63,129 nt of DNA, filler included, from Blastocystis sp. subtype 4 (GCF_000743755.1; 5 parts of 5 records of this genome joined end to end with filler, not necessarily neighbours in it), one strand, 5' to 3'. Shown: positions 22,666 to 36,132, counted from the first letter of the whole stretch. Notes: generated by a model not told the origin, from the sequence alone. Translations and numbers: made by a program.

Positions 22666-25600
22666 ATGTCATTTCTGTGATAGGGAGTGAAGTATAGGGA
22701 GTTCCAAGATATCAAGACACAACAGCTCTTAACACCTTTGAGTGTTACTGTGTGTACTGAACATCCATTGGAAGATTTGTGCAATGATGAAGTGTTTGTC
22801 GTTTGCAATTCTCCTGATAAAGGATATAGCGCTTCATCTGGACGGAGTAGTCGAAGAGTCGTTGTCCTTTCGAGTTCTTGATTTTTAGCTCTCTGTACCA
22901 CTATCAAGGGTAACAGAAATGGCAGAACAACAGTTAGAAGAGTTATGGTCCAGCTTTCTGATTGAGTGCAGCGTAGTATCATCTCAATTGGAATTTACAT
23001 ACAGGCACTATCAAATCAAGACTTTTTCATACCTCTATTCATTCCTACAAGAACAAGTGACTCTATTGACTATATTTCATACTATAGATGGAGATACAGT
23101 TCGCCTCTTCTCCCATGATAACGAGATCATGAGGTCATTTGATGTGGTCAATTCTCAAGATATCTATCTGGTACGATATCCAGGACCTTCAGATGTATCT
23201 GTTATTAGTAAATCGAATATCCGTTCTTTCATTCATGAACAGTTGCTGGTTGGAGTTCTATTCATTTATAAGTATAGCAATCTCGTGATCAGTTGAAACA
23301 GAAACATTTTTCCAAATCTCTCTTCTCCATCTATCAGATCTGTCTTCTTTTGCAATATCGTCCCTCTAATCCTTCTCTTTATGGTTCTATCTTCAAAGTA
23401 GTCTTGAAAATGAGTCTTGAAATCTAGTATATTGTAGAGGCCTTGGATACATTTCGAGAATGGATTTATACAATGTTCACTCCAACATCAGCAGTTTCAG
23501 AATCTCTCGAAGAAGATTCTCTACATCGCCATCTTCTAGCTGAATCACATTCTGCTCCCACTCTCCAGACCGTGACTCAACAACTATGGCATGCAACACG
23601 CAATTTTCATTATTTAGTATCGCGTCGACTTGTTGAATTCTCTCTTCTCCCACTATTATCTCAATTCTCTCGATCTGTCTTTGGAGACTATCTCACTACC
23701 TTACAACAATCATTACTATCAATAGCGCCTTCTCATCTTCTTCTTCTCTCCTTAGCTTATCTTCATCACTCTCTTGCTCAATGTATCCCTGCTTCAACAC
23801 CTGAAACCGAAAAGAATACTTCCAAGCCAGTTTTTCATGGTTTGAAACTGATGGGACTTGAAACAACACTTAGTAGCATTGTTGCTGGAAAGTGTCAAAT
23901 AACCGTGGGATTCGTCTCTAATCAAATCTGTGAAATGCTTGCTACATGGCTCCAATTACCTCAAATTTCATCTTCAATCACTCTTTCCTGTCTCAGCTAT
24001 CTATTTCCAGCTTCACTTCCTTATGCATCCTCATCTGTCATCTCTCAATTATTACAACAAGTATCGCTGAGTGGTTGTAATTTTACCGTATTCCACAGAT
24101 GTATTCAATCTATCCCACCAACCTACTTCTCTCAGAACTATCGTAGTATCATTCGATATGTGAACAAGAGTGTATCAGCAGCTGCAATGACTGAGAGGAC
24201 AGATGTATCGTGAGCGTTTTGAAGTCATGTGATGTATAGACCCACTACTGGTGGTCATTCTCGTTCATCGTCACATATGAGTGGTGAATTTGGGGAGATA
24301 GGGAGTGGGTCCTCTCTTTGGAGACCTCCATTCAGTATCTCTCGTCCATCATCTGATCCGTCACGATTGGATGGAGATTCAACTTCAGGTCAGAGTGATG
24401 GATCTGAAAAGACTTCTGTTGTTTCATCACAAGAATACGAGGAGAAGAAACAACTTCTGTTGCTCTTGTTACAGCGAATGAATGAGTGTACATCTGTTGA
24501 AGTACGAATAGAAGGAGGTAATCAAGGATAGAGAGGAGATATTCCGTTATTGAATTCTTTATGGAAATTACTCAATGCTTGCTATAACCGTGATTATTTT
24601 CAGTTTATTAGTCAACTTCTTCCTTTTGTGATTCGCAATTATACAGTATTCATTAACTTCATTTCTTAGTATAGAAACGTGAAGTTCTGATTGTTCTATC
24701 GGATGTCATTCAACATACCAAGTATTTCCAGTGTACCCAACAGAAACAAGAACAACTCGAACAAATCTTAGGTATCCTTCTCGAGAATGTTTCTGATATC
24801 ACTGAGTACCTTCAAAATGGTATGAATGATTCTATGTTTCATATTCAGACATATTTTTGGAATTCCTAGATTGTAATATAGGTGAGAGTCATTTGCGAGT
24901 AATATGAATATATTTTGTTTCATGATCAGATCTGTGTAAGATTGGTCCTTCAAGTGTTAGATCCTGATCATCAAGTAGAGAACCCATCCTTGATTGATGA
25001 TTTGTTTCATGTCTGTGAGAGTGCTATGCAAGCATATAATCGATTAATGCCTTCTGATTGTTATGAATCTCTTCGTTCTTGTTTACTTCAACTCTTGCAA
25101 TGTGTGTCTTTCGGAGATAATTATGACCTTGCCTTTGATTTGTGAGGGATACTGTGAATAGGATCACATATAGTCTTAATCATTCTCTCTTGTCTTTTGG
25201 TTATGAGTCTGTAATTACGTTCCAAATTCTGAAGCAGATGATCTTAGTTCTGGCAAAAATACTTCAGACTTATAAACAGTCTGAAGGTGATCCTGGAGAG
25301 GATGGTCGAATATCCTTTGGTGAACAGGAACAGTCTTATCAAGCATTGAGTGTACGTGATTACCAGCTTGTTGTGAAGATTCTCTCTGTTGTCATAATTT
25401 ACTCATCCACTTTACGTCCAGTGGTTCTTGCTTTGTATAGGTATCGATGATTGATGAGTCTAGAGAGTTGTGTCGTCATAGCATTGAATTGGCTTTTCAG
25501 GCTGGTTGTCTTTCACAAACAGGACAACTCCTGGAATTATACTTAAAACTATGTACAGAATCTCCACTGGAGCATGTTGAAGATCATCTCCTTCTCTTAC

Positions 25601-26334
25601 TTACGATTGTTGTAAGAGTTGATTTGTCGAATAACTACTAGTCTACACATACGTGTATCCCATTTCATGTGGAAGAACTAGGAAATGATGAGAGTGCTAG
25701 TAATCCTTTTCTCTCCATTAAAGATATCCAAGAAGTTGCTATTAAAATGATTCGATTATCCAATCCTGAAAATGCGGTGGTTCCTCTTTCATTTTATGTA
25801 CTGATCTTCGATTACACTCATTTCTAGGATATATTACTGAAATGTATTGTAGCAACCTATATAACTACAACCAAAACAAAGCGAATCCAGTCAGTTGTAG
25901 GAAAAGATGAATATACTAACTGAAAGGGGTTACAATCGAATTATCACTATTACGATTTCGATGGAGATATGGCAACAGATATCATCTATGATATTATTAG
26001 TATATTAGATTGATAGTAACTGATTTGTAGTGGCATCTGTTGAAACTATTTATGGAGATATCCGTCATCACCTTGAAATTGGTATTGATATGGATCAATG
26101 CAAACAAACAGAATCCTTCTTGTTATTTATGTTGAATGTACTGTCAAAACTGGTAATCCTCTTTGGACTTGGAATGAACTCTAGTTCAAACCTAGTGAAG
26201 CATTACTGAGAGTTATCACTGGACACATACAACTTATCTCGGAATTACATAAGAAGTGTCCATTGTCAACAGATGATCAGTCGTATCTCCTTTCGATTAA
26301 ACGAATGTACTCTACCAAGTTTCCTTCTATTTGA
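22666..26334 (+). CDS. Large multi-exon hypothetical protein, mostly helical and Leu/Ser-rich
   Basis: Chain of same-strand ORFs (22687-25641 and beyond) separated by ~30-nt GT-AG introns; family not recognised; ends approximate. Confidence 0.55.
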
Positions 26335-26606
26335 GTTGTCTGTTTCAAAACAAGTCGTGTTTTTGAAGGATTAGAGAAGTGCTTAGAAATAGCATATCAC
26401 AACCACGTATTCCTGAATTCATCAGAAACACATATTGAGGGATGAATTGTGTTTCGATGTACTATTATTGACTATTTTATGAATTCCAAAATCTAGAGAG
26501 TAATACTATTTGTTCATTGGATGAACCAATAATTCACGACTAGTAATTAGCTGTTATCATAATAATCAGTACTAGATCTCCTCACCTTACTATTTCTTTC
26601 GTTGGT

Positions 26607-27072
26607 ATGAGAGTAGCTGTACTTTTCGCTGTCTTTGCTGTGGCCTTTGCCCTGGATAATGGTCTTGCTTTAACTCCTCCGATGGTGAGTTGTGTGTTTT
26701 GTTTATCATTTGAAGGGTTGGATGCAATGGGAGCAGTTCCGCTGCAATATTGATTGCAAGAATTACCCTAAGGATTGCATTTCCGAGAATCTGTTCATCG
26801 ACATGATTGATCATCTTGCTGATGATGGGTGGATTGAATATGGATATGATGTACCATTTTGCAATTAGCCTCAAGCTTAGATGGTCAATATTGATGATTG
26901 TTGGATGACTCACGATCGTGATGCCAACGGAAGATTGTATCCTGATCCTGAGCGTTTCCCTCATGGAATTAAGTGGCTTGCTGACTATGCCCATTCGAAG
27001 GGAGTGAAACTAGGAATCTACAACGATTACGGAACTAAGACTTGTGGAGGTTATACTGGTTCTGAAGGCCAT
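26607..27072 (+). CDS. Secreted GH27 alpha-galactosidase / alpha-N-acetylgalactosaminidase (3' truncated)
   Basis: Signal peptide [33 protein letters not shown]...[30 protein letters not shown]. Confidence 0.92.
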
Positions 27073-27172
27073 NNNNNNNNNNNNNNNNNNNNNNNNNNNN
27101 NNNNNNNNNNNNNNNNTTAATTAATTAANNNNNNNNNNNNNNNNNNNNNNNNNNNNNNNNNNNNNNNNNNNN
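27073..27172. other. Artificial contig-joining linker
   Basis: 44 N + TTAATTAATTAA + 44 N. Confidence 0.98.
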
Positions 27173-28620
27173 GATTGGACAGAAGCAACATCGCCACACA
27201 CAAACTCAGCTCCATTGTTCTATTGCTCATTCATTTTACATATTCTCACCTTCAACAGATCCACACAGAACTTGGCAGTGTCTTCACAACAACAGAAGGC
27301 CTTCATCCGCATCGTAGCCTCCTCTGCATCCACACTCTTGTTTGTCTGATCCACAAATATCACCTTATTCGGGAAGTTCAACAGATTGTCTCCAGCCACA
27401 GGCACAAACGCCTTGCCATTCACAATTACGTTGTTATTCACAGTCAGTTCCTTCGCATCCACTTCTTCTCCTGCAAACACTCGGCTCACACCATCACTCG
27501 TCAAAACAGCATTATCACTGCAGTATCTGTGTCTCACTCTCTCTCCATAAACCTACAGAGCACCTGCTTTCAGTGCATTCAATGACACATCAGCGCTCAG
27601 TCCACACACCAACACTGTGTTACCCTGCTTGTCTGACAGAACACTGCCTCGCACCACGCTCTGGACTACTGGACCCTTTTTGCTAACCTTGGTAGCAGGC
27701 TTATCAGGCTCGCTTGCAGCCACTGTCACTTCCACAGTTCCTCGTGCTGTATCCATCTGCTGCATTGTTGCTTTCGCTACCTCCTGCCATCAACCCCCAC
27801 TCTCAACCCTACCTCCAGTACACGCTCAATCGGAGTGTCACCTGTAGCCAACACTGTTAACGCCTTGCTGTGAGGATCCATTCCTGTAACTGTGAAACTC
27901 TCCTCCATTCCTCGAGCCACGATCACACTTAAGGGATGGGGTGTCATTGCATCTCGCTTGGGCATGCGATGCTATACGTGAACTCAACAAAACAACCTTA
28001 CAAGCATATTCTTCAGAGCCATTGCAGTTACTGGATCATTTGTCACAGAACGGATACGGAGTTCTGCACAACGTCCAGAACAAACACCAGCATCCTCAAC
28101 ATAGAGATTGGGAACCTGAGACAGGAATTCCTTCACCTAGAGTTCATCTCTCCACTGCTCCATTACAGAATCGCTGATGTCACCGAAGTCACCTTTTTTC
28201 GTTTGTACATCCTTGGAAGCAATGTAGGTTCTGGTACACACAGCATTCTGATTCTCGTCGAGCTCTCCCTTGCTGTTGGTCTTTAGAATATCAGCAGAAG
28301 GATTTCTGTAAGCATTTCCCCAAACGGTGAACCACTCGTTTGCCAGGGCCCAATTCAGTGAATAGTCCTTTCCAGCAGATTCGCGAGGGAAATTCTATTT
28401 ATTAGTCCCAATTGCACTCTCAAGAAGCACTTACAAGGAGATCAGAGTCATTGAAGGGTTCAAACTGGAATAGGTCTTGTGTCTTCATGTTGCTAATGTG
28501 CTCATATACAGCACTTGAGGGAGAAGCTGCCGCTGAGAAAAATCTCATAGAACTTCTCATACAAAACAGCTTCTCTGTGCATCGCACGAGTCCCTTCATA
28601 GCTTTCAATCTAGCCTGCAT
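27173..28620 (-). CDS. PEP carboxykinase (ATP)-like fold protein with degenerate P-loop and putative mitochondrial leader (3' truncated)
   Basis: Spliced by eye: FPRESAGKDYSLNWALA...EFLSQVPNLYVEDAGVCSGRCAELRIRSVTNDPVTAMALKNML...DKQGNTVLVCGLSADVSL...DNAVLTSDGVSRVFAG. Confidence 0.6.
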
Positions 28621-28688
28621 TCCAACTCTATTTGTTGCGTTTCTGCGACAATCGAAAACAGTACAAAATCAAGACGATTTTGGGTTAT

Positions 28689-29988
28689 TCAAAAAACAAT
28701 ACTATCACACATTTGCTGCCATATCCACTAGCTTCTGTATCGACTATACTCACATTCAAACAAAAATAGCTACTGTATCTGTCAATTCATTCATTCCCTC
28801 CACATCTTCCCCAAATAGTTGAATCTCCTAAACATCACATTCACCTCTCACACCTTGCTAGGAGTGTCATCGGTCTGAAGAAGTCAAATAACGTGATTCT
28901 TCCTTTGAAAGTAGTTAGATCAATAGATCTCGGATATACATCACACAATAGTCGTTTCAAGCAATTCTATCCATAATTCTATTCTTACATACTCACAAGA
29001 CGCTCCTTTTCGTTGAAAATTTGCTGGAAGAGATAACAGTCGCTCCAATTCTACACATCACAAAGACAATTATGTCCAACACTCATTCGACTGCTAATCA
29101 CCTTTGTTCTGAAGGACTCGTATTTCTATCTCACAGCTCTAGATCATTCCTACTTCATCATCCATATTGCTGATCGCATCTGTAACTCTTTGGAGTTTGA
29201 AGTTTGGATATTTCCTCCAGATGAAAACGATTGAATTGATACATAGGAGCTTCCTTCTGTCAATACTCAACAAATCTTGGATGAATCCCTTCCCCAGATC
29301 CATCGTGGAAACGTCTTGGTCTGTTATGGGTTGCAAGAACACAGACCAATAAACACCATCATTTAGCGCAGGGTTCTGGAACAAGTCACATAATTCATGG
29401 AATTGTTGCATCGAACCAAAGGAACAGCCAAAGAGGAGACACGGTCGTGACTCATAGATCTTCAATTTCAATAGTTCTTCAATTTGGTCAAGAATCGGTT
29501 TGATTTCCTACTTATCAACTCTTCTACAGATCCACACAGATGTTGGTATATACAAAAATGAATGAATAAAACCTGAATAGGCTTTGTGAATCGACTCTCC
29601 TTCTCCAAAGAAGATAGTTTGAAACTTTGCTCTCAATTCAGGACTCATACATTTTTCCGTCAATGCTCGAATAATGATTTCATTTGTCTACAATGAAAGA
29701 AATACTTTGCAAAATACACTTGACTCCTCATTTTCTTCAATCATCCGATGACAAATAGGACACTTCTGGTTTGTCTAGACTTTAGCAAAACGGATCTAGT
29801 ACCAACTTGTTTCCATTGCATCAGACAATAGCTACAGAATTGATGTCCACAGATGAGGGAAATGGGCAACACTCGCTCCGAATGACAGAGAGCTATGTTT
29901 TAGGTCTATGATCAATCCTACAACAATGGAGAGGGTCTATACGTCTTGATTTGAATGAAGCTAGGAACTGAGAGAAGCGTGTACCCAT
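28689..29988 (-). CDS. RING finger (C3HC4) protein, putative E3 ligase
   Basis: Spliced CSLCHSERVLPISLICGHQFCSYCLMQW...KCPICH; ends approximate. Confidence 0.65.
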
Positions 29989-30161
29989 TCGGTAGAAAAC
30001 TGAAATGGGGTTGGCGCAAAAACGACGTAACCTACCACATTTACCATAGAATCGTTTGGGAGGTGAACGACTTCTGACATTCTACTGTGGATCTGTGAAA
30101 TTAACCGAAAATGGAGAATAGCGAACAAACAGGACTATGAGAAAAGGGAAAAGAAATGGCT

Positions 30162-33100
30162 TCACTCACTAAAACTCATATTGTGACCGATTTGGACATT
30201 TTGCTCCAGAGGAACTTCAAATTCATATGTCACTTCTGGGTGATTCAGACGATGCAGTCTCTGCAACTCCTTCTTAGCCTCATTACACATCACCCGTTGT
30301 AGTATCTCCACTACCTGCTTTACCAGCTCTGGATCTTCCGGACAGTCGATAATCAGCTCATCGTGGATCTGAACACGAATCTCACATCCTAAAGTCTCTA
30401 GCTGCGGCCATAGTAGGATCATTGCACATTTGAGTAGGTCTGCAGCCGAGCCCTGGATCACACTATTCACTGCCTGACGATCAGAACGAGTCTTGTCTTC
30501 TGTAGTACTGGGATCCAGAGACCGGCGTCGACCTGCCAACGTCTCCACATAGTGTTTGCCTCGTGCTACCTGCATAGTAGAGTCGATAAATCGTTGTAGA
30601 CCTGAGAAGCGTGTGAGAATACCAGATCTAAGTTTGGTTGCAGCATCAATTGTGATATCAAGTTTCTGAGCCATTGAATCTACTCCCATTCCATAGCATA
30701 ATCCCTATTCATCATATTCATCACATCTTCCTTACCAGAGTAATCACCTTTGCTTGATCTCGTTCTTGCTTTGTAACCTGACTTTGCTCCTTTCCTAATA
30801 TAAATGCAGCAATCACACAGTAGATATCCGACTCACTCTGTTGATGAAAAAGACTGTTCAATTGTGAGTCGTGACTACAATGTGCAAACACACGCATCTC
30901 AATCTGTGCATAGTCTACACTCACCATGCAATGACCAGGATCACATACAAATGCACGTCTCACTACCACTCCTTTGTCTCCCAGTCGTTCAACACTTCTC
31001 TAGATTCTCACTTCCTCTCTCAACACTCACCTTGGGGAGACTCTGGAGATTAGGTGCTGTAGTTGATAGACGGCCTGTTCCTGTGGCCATCTGATTCCAG
31101 GTAGTGAAAATATACTCAGTGCCTTGAGTGCAGAACAAAGGCGTCACAATTTCCTTCTTCAATCCATCCAGATATGAACTGTGTAAAAGAGTCTCCTCTA
31201 GCTCCTACCTTAGTAACTTTGACAACCGTCGGTATTCGATCAATAAACCTGGCAGAGGATGCTTACTCTTCAGTGCTTGAAGTACTCGCTCGGTTGAGGA
31301 TCGAGGAGGATATCCAGGTGGGGAAACTAATTTGAGTTCATCAAACAACACTTGACAGACCCGCTTTGGAGACGAGAGGAGGAAGGAATGTCCAACACAA
31401 GTAGCAGCTTCCTCTTCAATCTTCTTCATCTGTTCTTCGATAAGTGGCTTATTTTGGATGAGAATCGAGGAGGAGACTCGTAATCCTGTTGCCTCCATAC
31501 GAGCTAAGAGAGGGATTAGTGGCAGCTCCACATGAATGTAGGCAACTTGAATAGAAGGAGGCGTATGGGAAAATAACTGAGTCTAAGATGAATGAACAGT
31601 ACCACAATTACGTGTAACGATCGAGTATCTTCGAGAAGCTGACGAAGTGCCTTCTCTGGGATCTCCTGACTCCACAAGCTGGTAATCGGATCAGATGAGG
31701 AGTCAGTATTCAAGAGATGAAATAGATTCTCAGTCAGTTGTCCTATCCGTTTCTGTTCTTCTGTATTCTCTTCTTGTTCTTCCCGAGGTGTACACACAGC
31801 CAGAGGAGTATGTGTAGAATCAGGATCCAGAAGCCAGGAGAGAAGATCCACATCACGAAGGGCTCGACAGGTCCGACTGGTAATGAAGTGGTGATGAACA
31901 TGTCGTTGCGCATACAAATCCAGAAGACGAAGCTGACGCTTGGCATTACTCGTGACTTTCAACAGAGATTCTGTAGAGAGATACACTTGAATTAGCTCGA
32001 GAGAAGGTTCAATATCACTGATAGGAGTTTCAACATCACCAGCAAGAGGAATTAAAAAGAGTGAATCATTGAGAGTGAAGAGAAAGGCAATTGGAAAGAT
32101 AGATTTTGTTATATCATCATGAACTGTCATATCACTCTATTCATAAGTATTAAGAATCATTAAACACTTGATAACTCACAGAACCATCATTGAACACGCA
32201 ACAGAAACTACTCTCCTGTTCGGAAGTGTTCTGGAGAGTGGCTGCCATTTCAGGCACTCTCTCTTTCTCAATGACTTCACATCCAGAAAGAAGTTTCTGC
32301 AGATTCTCCTTCCAACTCCAGATCATACGTAGCAATGTCTTCTTTGGACGACGACCTCGTTTGGCTGGAGTCCCTTCCTTTCCTGCAGTCGCCTCTGTGA
32401 GACGCAACATAGCTTCAATACGACGCTGGGACTCACTTTTCACATCAGTTCCAGACTCCTCAGTTGATGGCAGATTAGTCCCTGTATCGTCATGAGACAT
32501 TTTCCTGGATACTGGAGACTCATTAGACTGTTTGAATTCATTAACCTCACTCAAGAGTTGTTTGCGTGTAGCAGCGAGTTGTTTGCGACTTGTCTTTTTC
32601 CTCTCCGTCTTGCTTGGAGCTTTCCCAGTGATCATGATACCGCCTTCGAGGTAGTTGGTGCGCTGTGCATAATACTTCAACTCACTCTCTTTCTCTGTAT
32701 CCACACCTAGAACCTCCTTCCAATACAGCGCAGATAAACTCTCCTTCTTAGGACTGGGACGCTTCCCTGCACCTTCTGAAGTGGAACTCTCTCCAGAACA
32801 CGTTACAAGCTACTTTTCAATCTCACTTTCAGTTCGAACTTTCTCTTGTCGGGATGCACCCACTTTACTACTCAGCAGCGTGTTGATTGTAGAGGCCTTA
32901 TTTCCAGAATGAGGGGATCTATCTATTGAAAAAAATTAGTTTCTCTCCACTTACTTGATACATCCTCATTGCTAAGAAACAAATCCCATTTGCTCTTCTT
33001 TGCAGATGGGATAGGAGAGTCTGGTGGTGGTAGCGTTTTGGTCATCGTTGACTTCTTCAGCACACTCACGAAGTCCTTTGCACACATTTCCAAACTCTGC

Positions 33101-33298
33101 TTTTTCACTGCCTCTAGGAATAGTCGGATCTGGGCTCAACTTACTTGGATCAACAACTTTGATCGAATTCTGGGATGACTTGAATAGGGTTGGATTACTT
33201 TGGACAGTTGGGCTTGAAGACCTCGTTGTTGCTGATTCCAAAAAGGGATTTCTCGGTTTGTACCATTGCGACCATCGCTCGTTTTCATCGTCACTCAT
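30162..33298 (-). CDS. Family A DNA polymerase, Pol nu/theta-like, with no helicase domain
   Basis: MELPLIPLLARMEATG, WNQMATGTGRLSTTAPNLQ, motif A SVDYAQIEMR, motif B RDQAKVITLGLCYGMG, RQAVNSVIQGSAAD, motif C QIHDELI. Confidence 0.88.
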
Positions 33299-33622
33299 TC
33301 GCAGAAGTGTCCACAATTGATGGAATAAAACAAAGAACGCAATAAAACGGAAACAGAGAGAATGGAATAATGGGCGGGATTTCCAAAAATTAACTAATTG
33401 GGTGACGGAAAGTTGAAGGACCGAAGACTAAGTTTAAGAGAAGGAAATTGAAAGGATAGGTTGAAATCGAGTTTAACGAATTCACTAGTTGGACTGTTGA
33501 CGGATACAACGTATAGAAGCTCCAAAAACGCGATTCCACAAATGGAATTGGCAAGAATGATGATTACAAACAAATGATAATAGAATCGCGGTTCTAAGCC
33601 GTTCTGTTCCTATCAATTATAC

Positions 33623-35254
33623 ATGGTTCATGTTGCCGTTTCTTCTTGTATTGAATATGGAATTATTGATAAGCCTTTAGATCTGTGCACTCTTGCCTTT
33701 TATGGTATCGGCAGTGAATGTGCACATTGATCCTGTAACAATGAATAACGCCACATTTATGAGCCAAGGATTCTATATGTTTTCTACAAGGATGCCTTCT
33801 GTTGGGTATAAGTGATCGTATGTGTGTAATTATAGTTCTTCTTGGGACGGAAAGTCATATATCGCTGCTGAAGTATATTTATTACAGCAAGATATGCGGG
33901 TTCCATCGCAGGCCCATGTTGAAGTTTTGTTGTATGCGTCTAATTCATGCATAGGTTTTAGTTGTTCCTGAAGACATCTATCGAAACTTTGGATACGAGC
34001 AAGGAGGAGAGAGATTCTACTGTTGTGACTCTTTTGCTTTAAAAGTCTTTTAAGAACTGGAATGTGATCTATAGGAGAAGAGATGCTCGAAACCAGATCG
34101 ATTGATTGTTAATAATCCTTATAATGTCAATTTTATTCACAAAGAACTTGATTTTCTCAGGAATGATCAGAATATTATCGTCTCCTCCGAAATTGAAGAG
34201 GATGGGAAGTATTATGTGGTGATTGGTTCTTGTGATCCTGGAACGAAGAATGTGGCTGTATCAGGTACGATTACTGCTGTGAATTATTATGGTCATTTGC
34301 CTGGTCGGCAATATGGTTTGTATCCATTCTTACGTTGGATCCTGTTCCTTTATCTCCTTCTCCTTGTTATCTGGTTGATCCGTTGTTGTGTATATCATAG
34401 AGAATTGTTAAGTGTTCATAAAATGATATCGCTTGTTCTGATTCTTGCTATTATTGATGTCTTCTTACGACAGCTTAACCTTGCTCATTTCAATGACTCT
34501 GGTGACTATTCCTTCTCTCTTACATTTGTTTCTCTTTTTGTGTCTACTCTCGACACTACTGTGTCTCTCTGTCTTGCCATTGCTATTGCCAAAGGGTCTT
34601 TCTCCATTTGTTCTCTCATATTTAGGTTAGGTGTTTCACGAGCCACATTAGACGGAGAGTTTTGTAAGATTCTGCTTCTAGGAATCATCTTTTTCACATT
34701 CACATTCTGGAGCAGTATCTCCTCCACATTCCGTCCATATAAAGATTGGAGTCTATGGCAGATCATTCCTTCAGCTATTGTGAGTGTTGTTACATATGTT
34801 TGGATTCTCACATCTCTTCAGAATACCATTGAAGAGTTGGCGAATCGGAAGCAGACAGGGAAACTTCAAGTATTTACTCAGCTTCGTAATGTGATTATTA
34901 CGGCAGTTATTCTCTCCACAATTTACAATATCTTTTTTTCCTATGTGATCATAAAGGAGATTATCAACTCATGGTGGAAATATCAGTGGTTTTTCAACGA
35001 TGGAGTGTGGTCTATATTCTATCTTGGCATCACAATATGTGTAATGGTAGTTCTGTTGGAATTGCTTGATACATAGTATTTATGGTCTCCCAATGAACTG
35101 TCCTTAGCATATGCATATCACCAGCAAGTAGCTACAGACGAATACGTCGAAGTGGAAGAGTATGAGATGCCTGAAGTCGAACTGCAGTCAATCACTGGCG
35201 GAAAAGTGGAGGTAACTGTATTAAATAATGGGAAACTGAAACCAATGGAGATAT
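33623..35254 (+). CDS. GOST/lung seven-transmembrane receptor family protein (TMEM87/GPR107-like); stop probably T+poly(A)
   Basis: Luminal domain, NYYGHLPG, seven hydrophobic segments, WILTSLQNTIEELANRKQTGKL, YLWSPN. Confidence 0.85.
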
Positions 35255-35258
35255 ACTC

Positions 35259-35266
35259 TGTTTGTT
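35259..35266 (+). terminator. TGTTTGTT polyadenylation motif of the TMEM87-like gene
   Basis: Perfect motif 4 nt after in-frame T35254. Confidence 0.75.
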
Positions 35267-35305
35267 CACAGTTCTAAACAAGTGAATATTGAAGGAGAAA
35301 GTTAA

Positions 35306-35378
35306 GTCGGGTTGGTGTAGTGGCTATCACGCTCGCTTCACACGCGAGAGGTCGCGGGTTCAATCCCCGCATCCGATA
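35306..35378 (+). tRNA. tRNA-Val (anticodon CAC)
   Basis: Acceptor GTCGGGT/ATCCGAT, anticodon arm CTCGC-TTCACAC-GCGAG, T arm GCGGG-TTCAATC-CCCGC, followed by an oligo-T Pol III terminator. Confidence 0.95.
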
Positions 35379-35409
35379 CTTTTTCTTTTGCTTATTGTGA
35401 ACAAACTCT

Positions 35410-36053
35410 TCACTTCCGTTTCTTTTGCAATACAATCTCATTCATCTCAGCTATCTACAGTCACAACCAGATTTGATTTCTACAGAATGGGTGTATTCGG
35501 CTACAATAGAACAGATATCATTATGCAGACTATATAACTGGACTTCTACAAGGGCTATCCGCTCCTTTAATCCATCAACCCGTTTTCGTATCTCTTGAAT
35601 ATCTACTCATCATTCGCACATAAAAGAGCATAATTGGCAATGGAATCTGTTTCAACTCTTCTCCTAACTGTTGTAAGGACTGGAGAGTTATTGTTGCTTC
35701 TTCGAGCGGATATTTCATTTGTTGAGCATATTCCTTCATGGAAGTTGCATTTGTTCCCACATCAAATTGATTTGCTACACCATCGAGATAGATAACCTTT
35801 CCGACATTATTATCTACTTCTCAATGATTTAATTCCGGAAATACATAATTTGTAGTAATCATCGATTCCAGAAACAGAGCACAACTGTGTATAGTCATTT
35901 CGAATTTGTTGGACTTGTTGCAGTAATGAATCAAACAGGTCACCCTTAACACCAATTTGAGAATACAACCGGTCTAGTCGTTGTTTCTATGTATCATATG
36001 GGATATCGATTTAATACAAGATTATCTATTTGTGAAGATTTAATACTACTCAT
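35410..36053 (-). CDS. Small coiled-coil protein, possibly dynactin p22/p24 (DCTN3)-like
   Basis: Spliced IDNLKQRLDRLYSQIG...IVAEYTHSIAEMNEIVL; resemblance by eye is weak. Confidence 0.4.
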
Positions 36054-36132
36054 GAAACGATAGAACGGGAAGATAATCGCCCAAAAAATAGGATCTCTTT
36101 TTAGTTATACTAACAAACAACCACAAGTATGT

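Noticed and set aside
28079..28086. TGTTTGTT on the sense strand inside the PEPCK-like CDS as a gene end
   Set aside because: Cleavage at the 4-nt spacer gives no stop and homology continues; shows the motif alone is not sufficient
33555..33600. ATGATGA box C-like sequence suggesting a snoRNA
   Set aside because: No box D (CTGA) or terminal stem at a suitable distance
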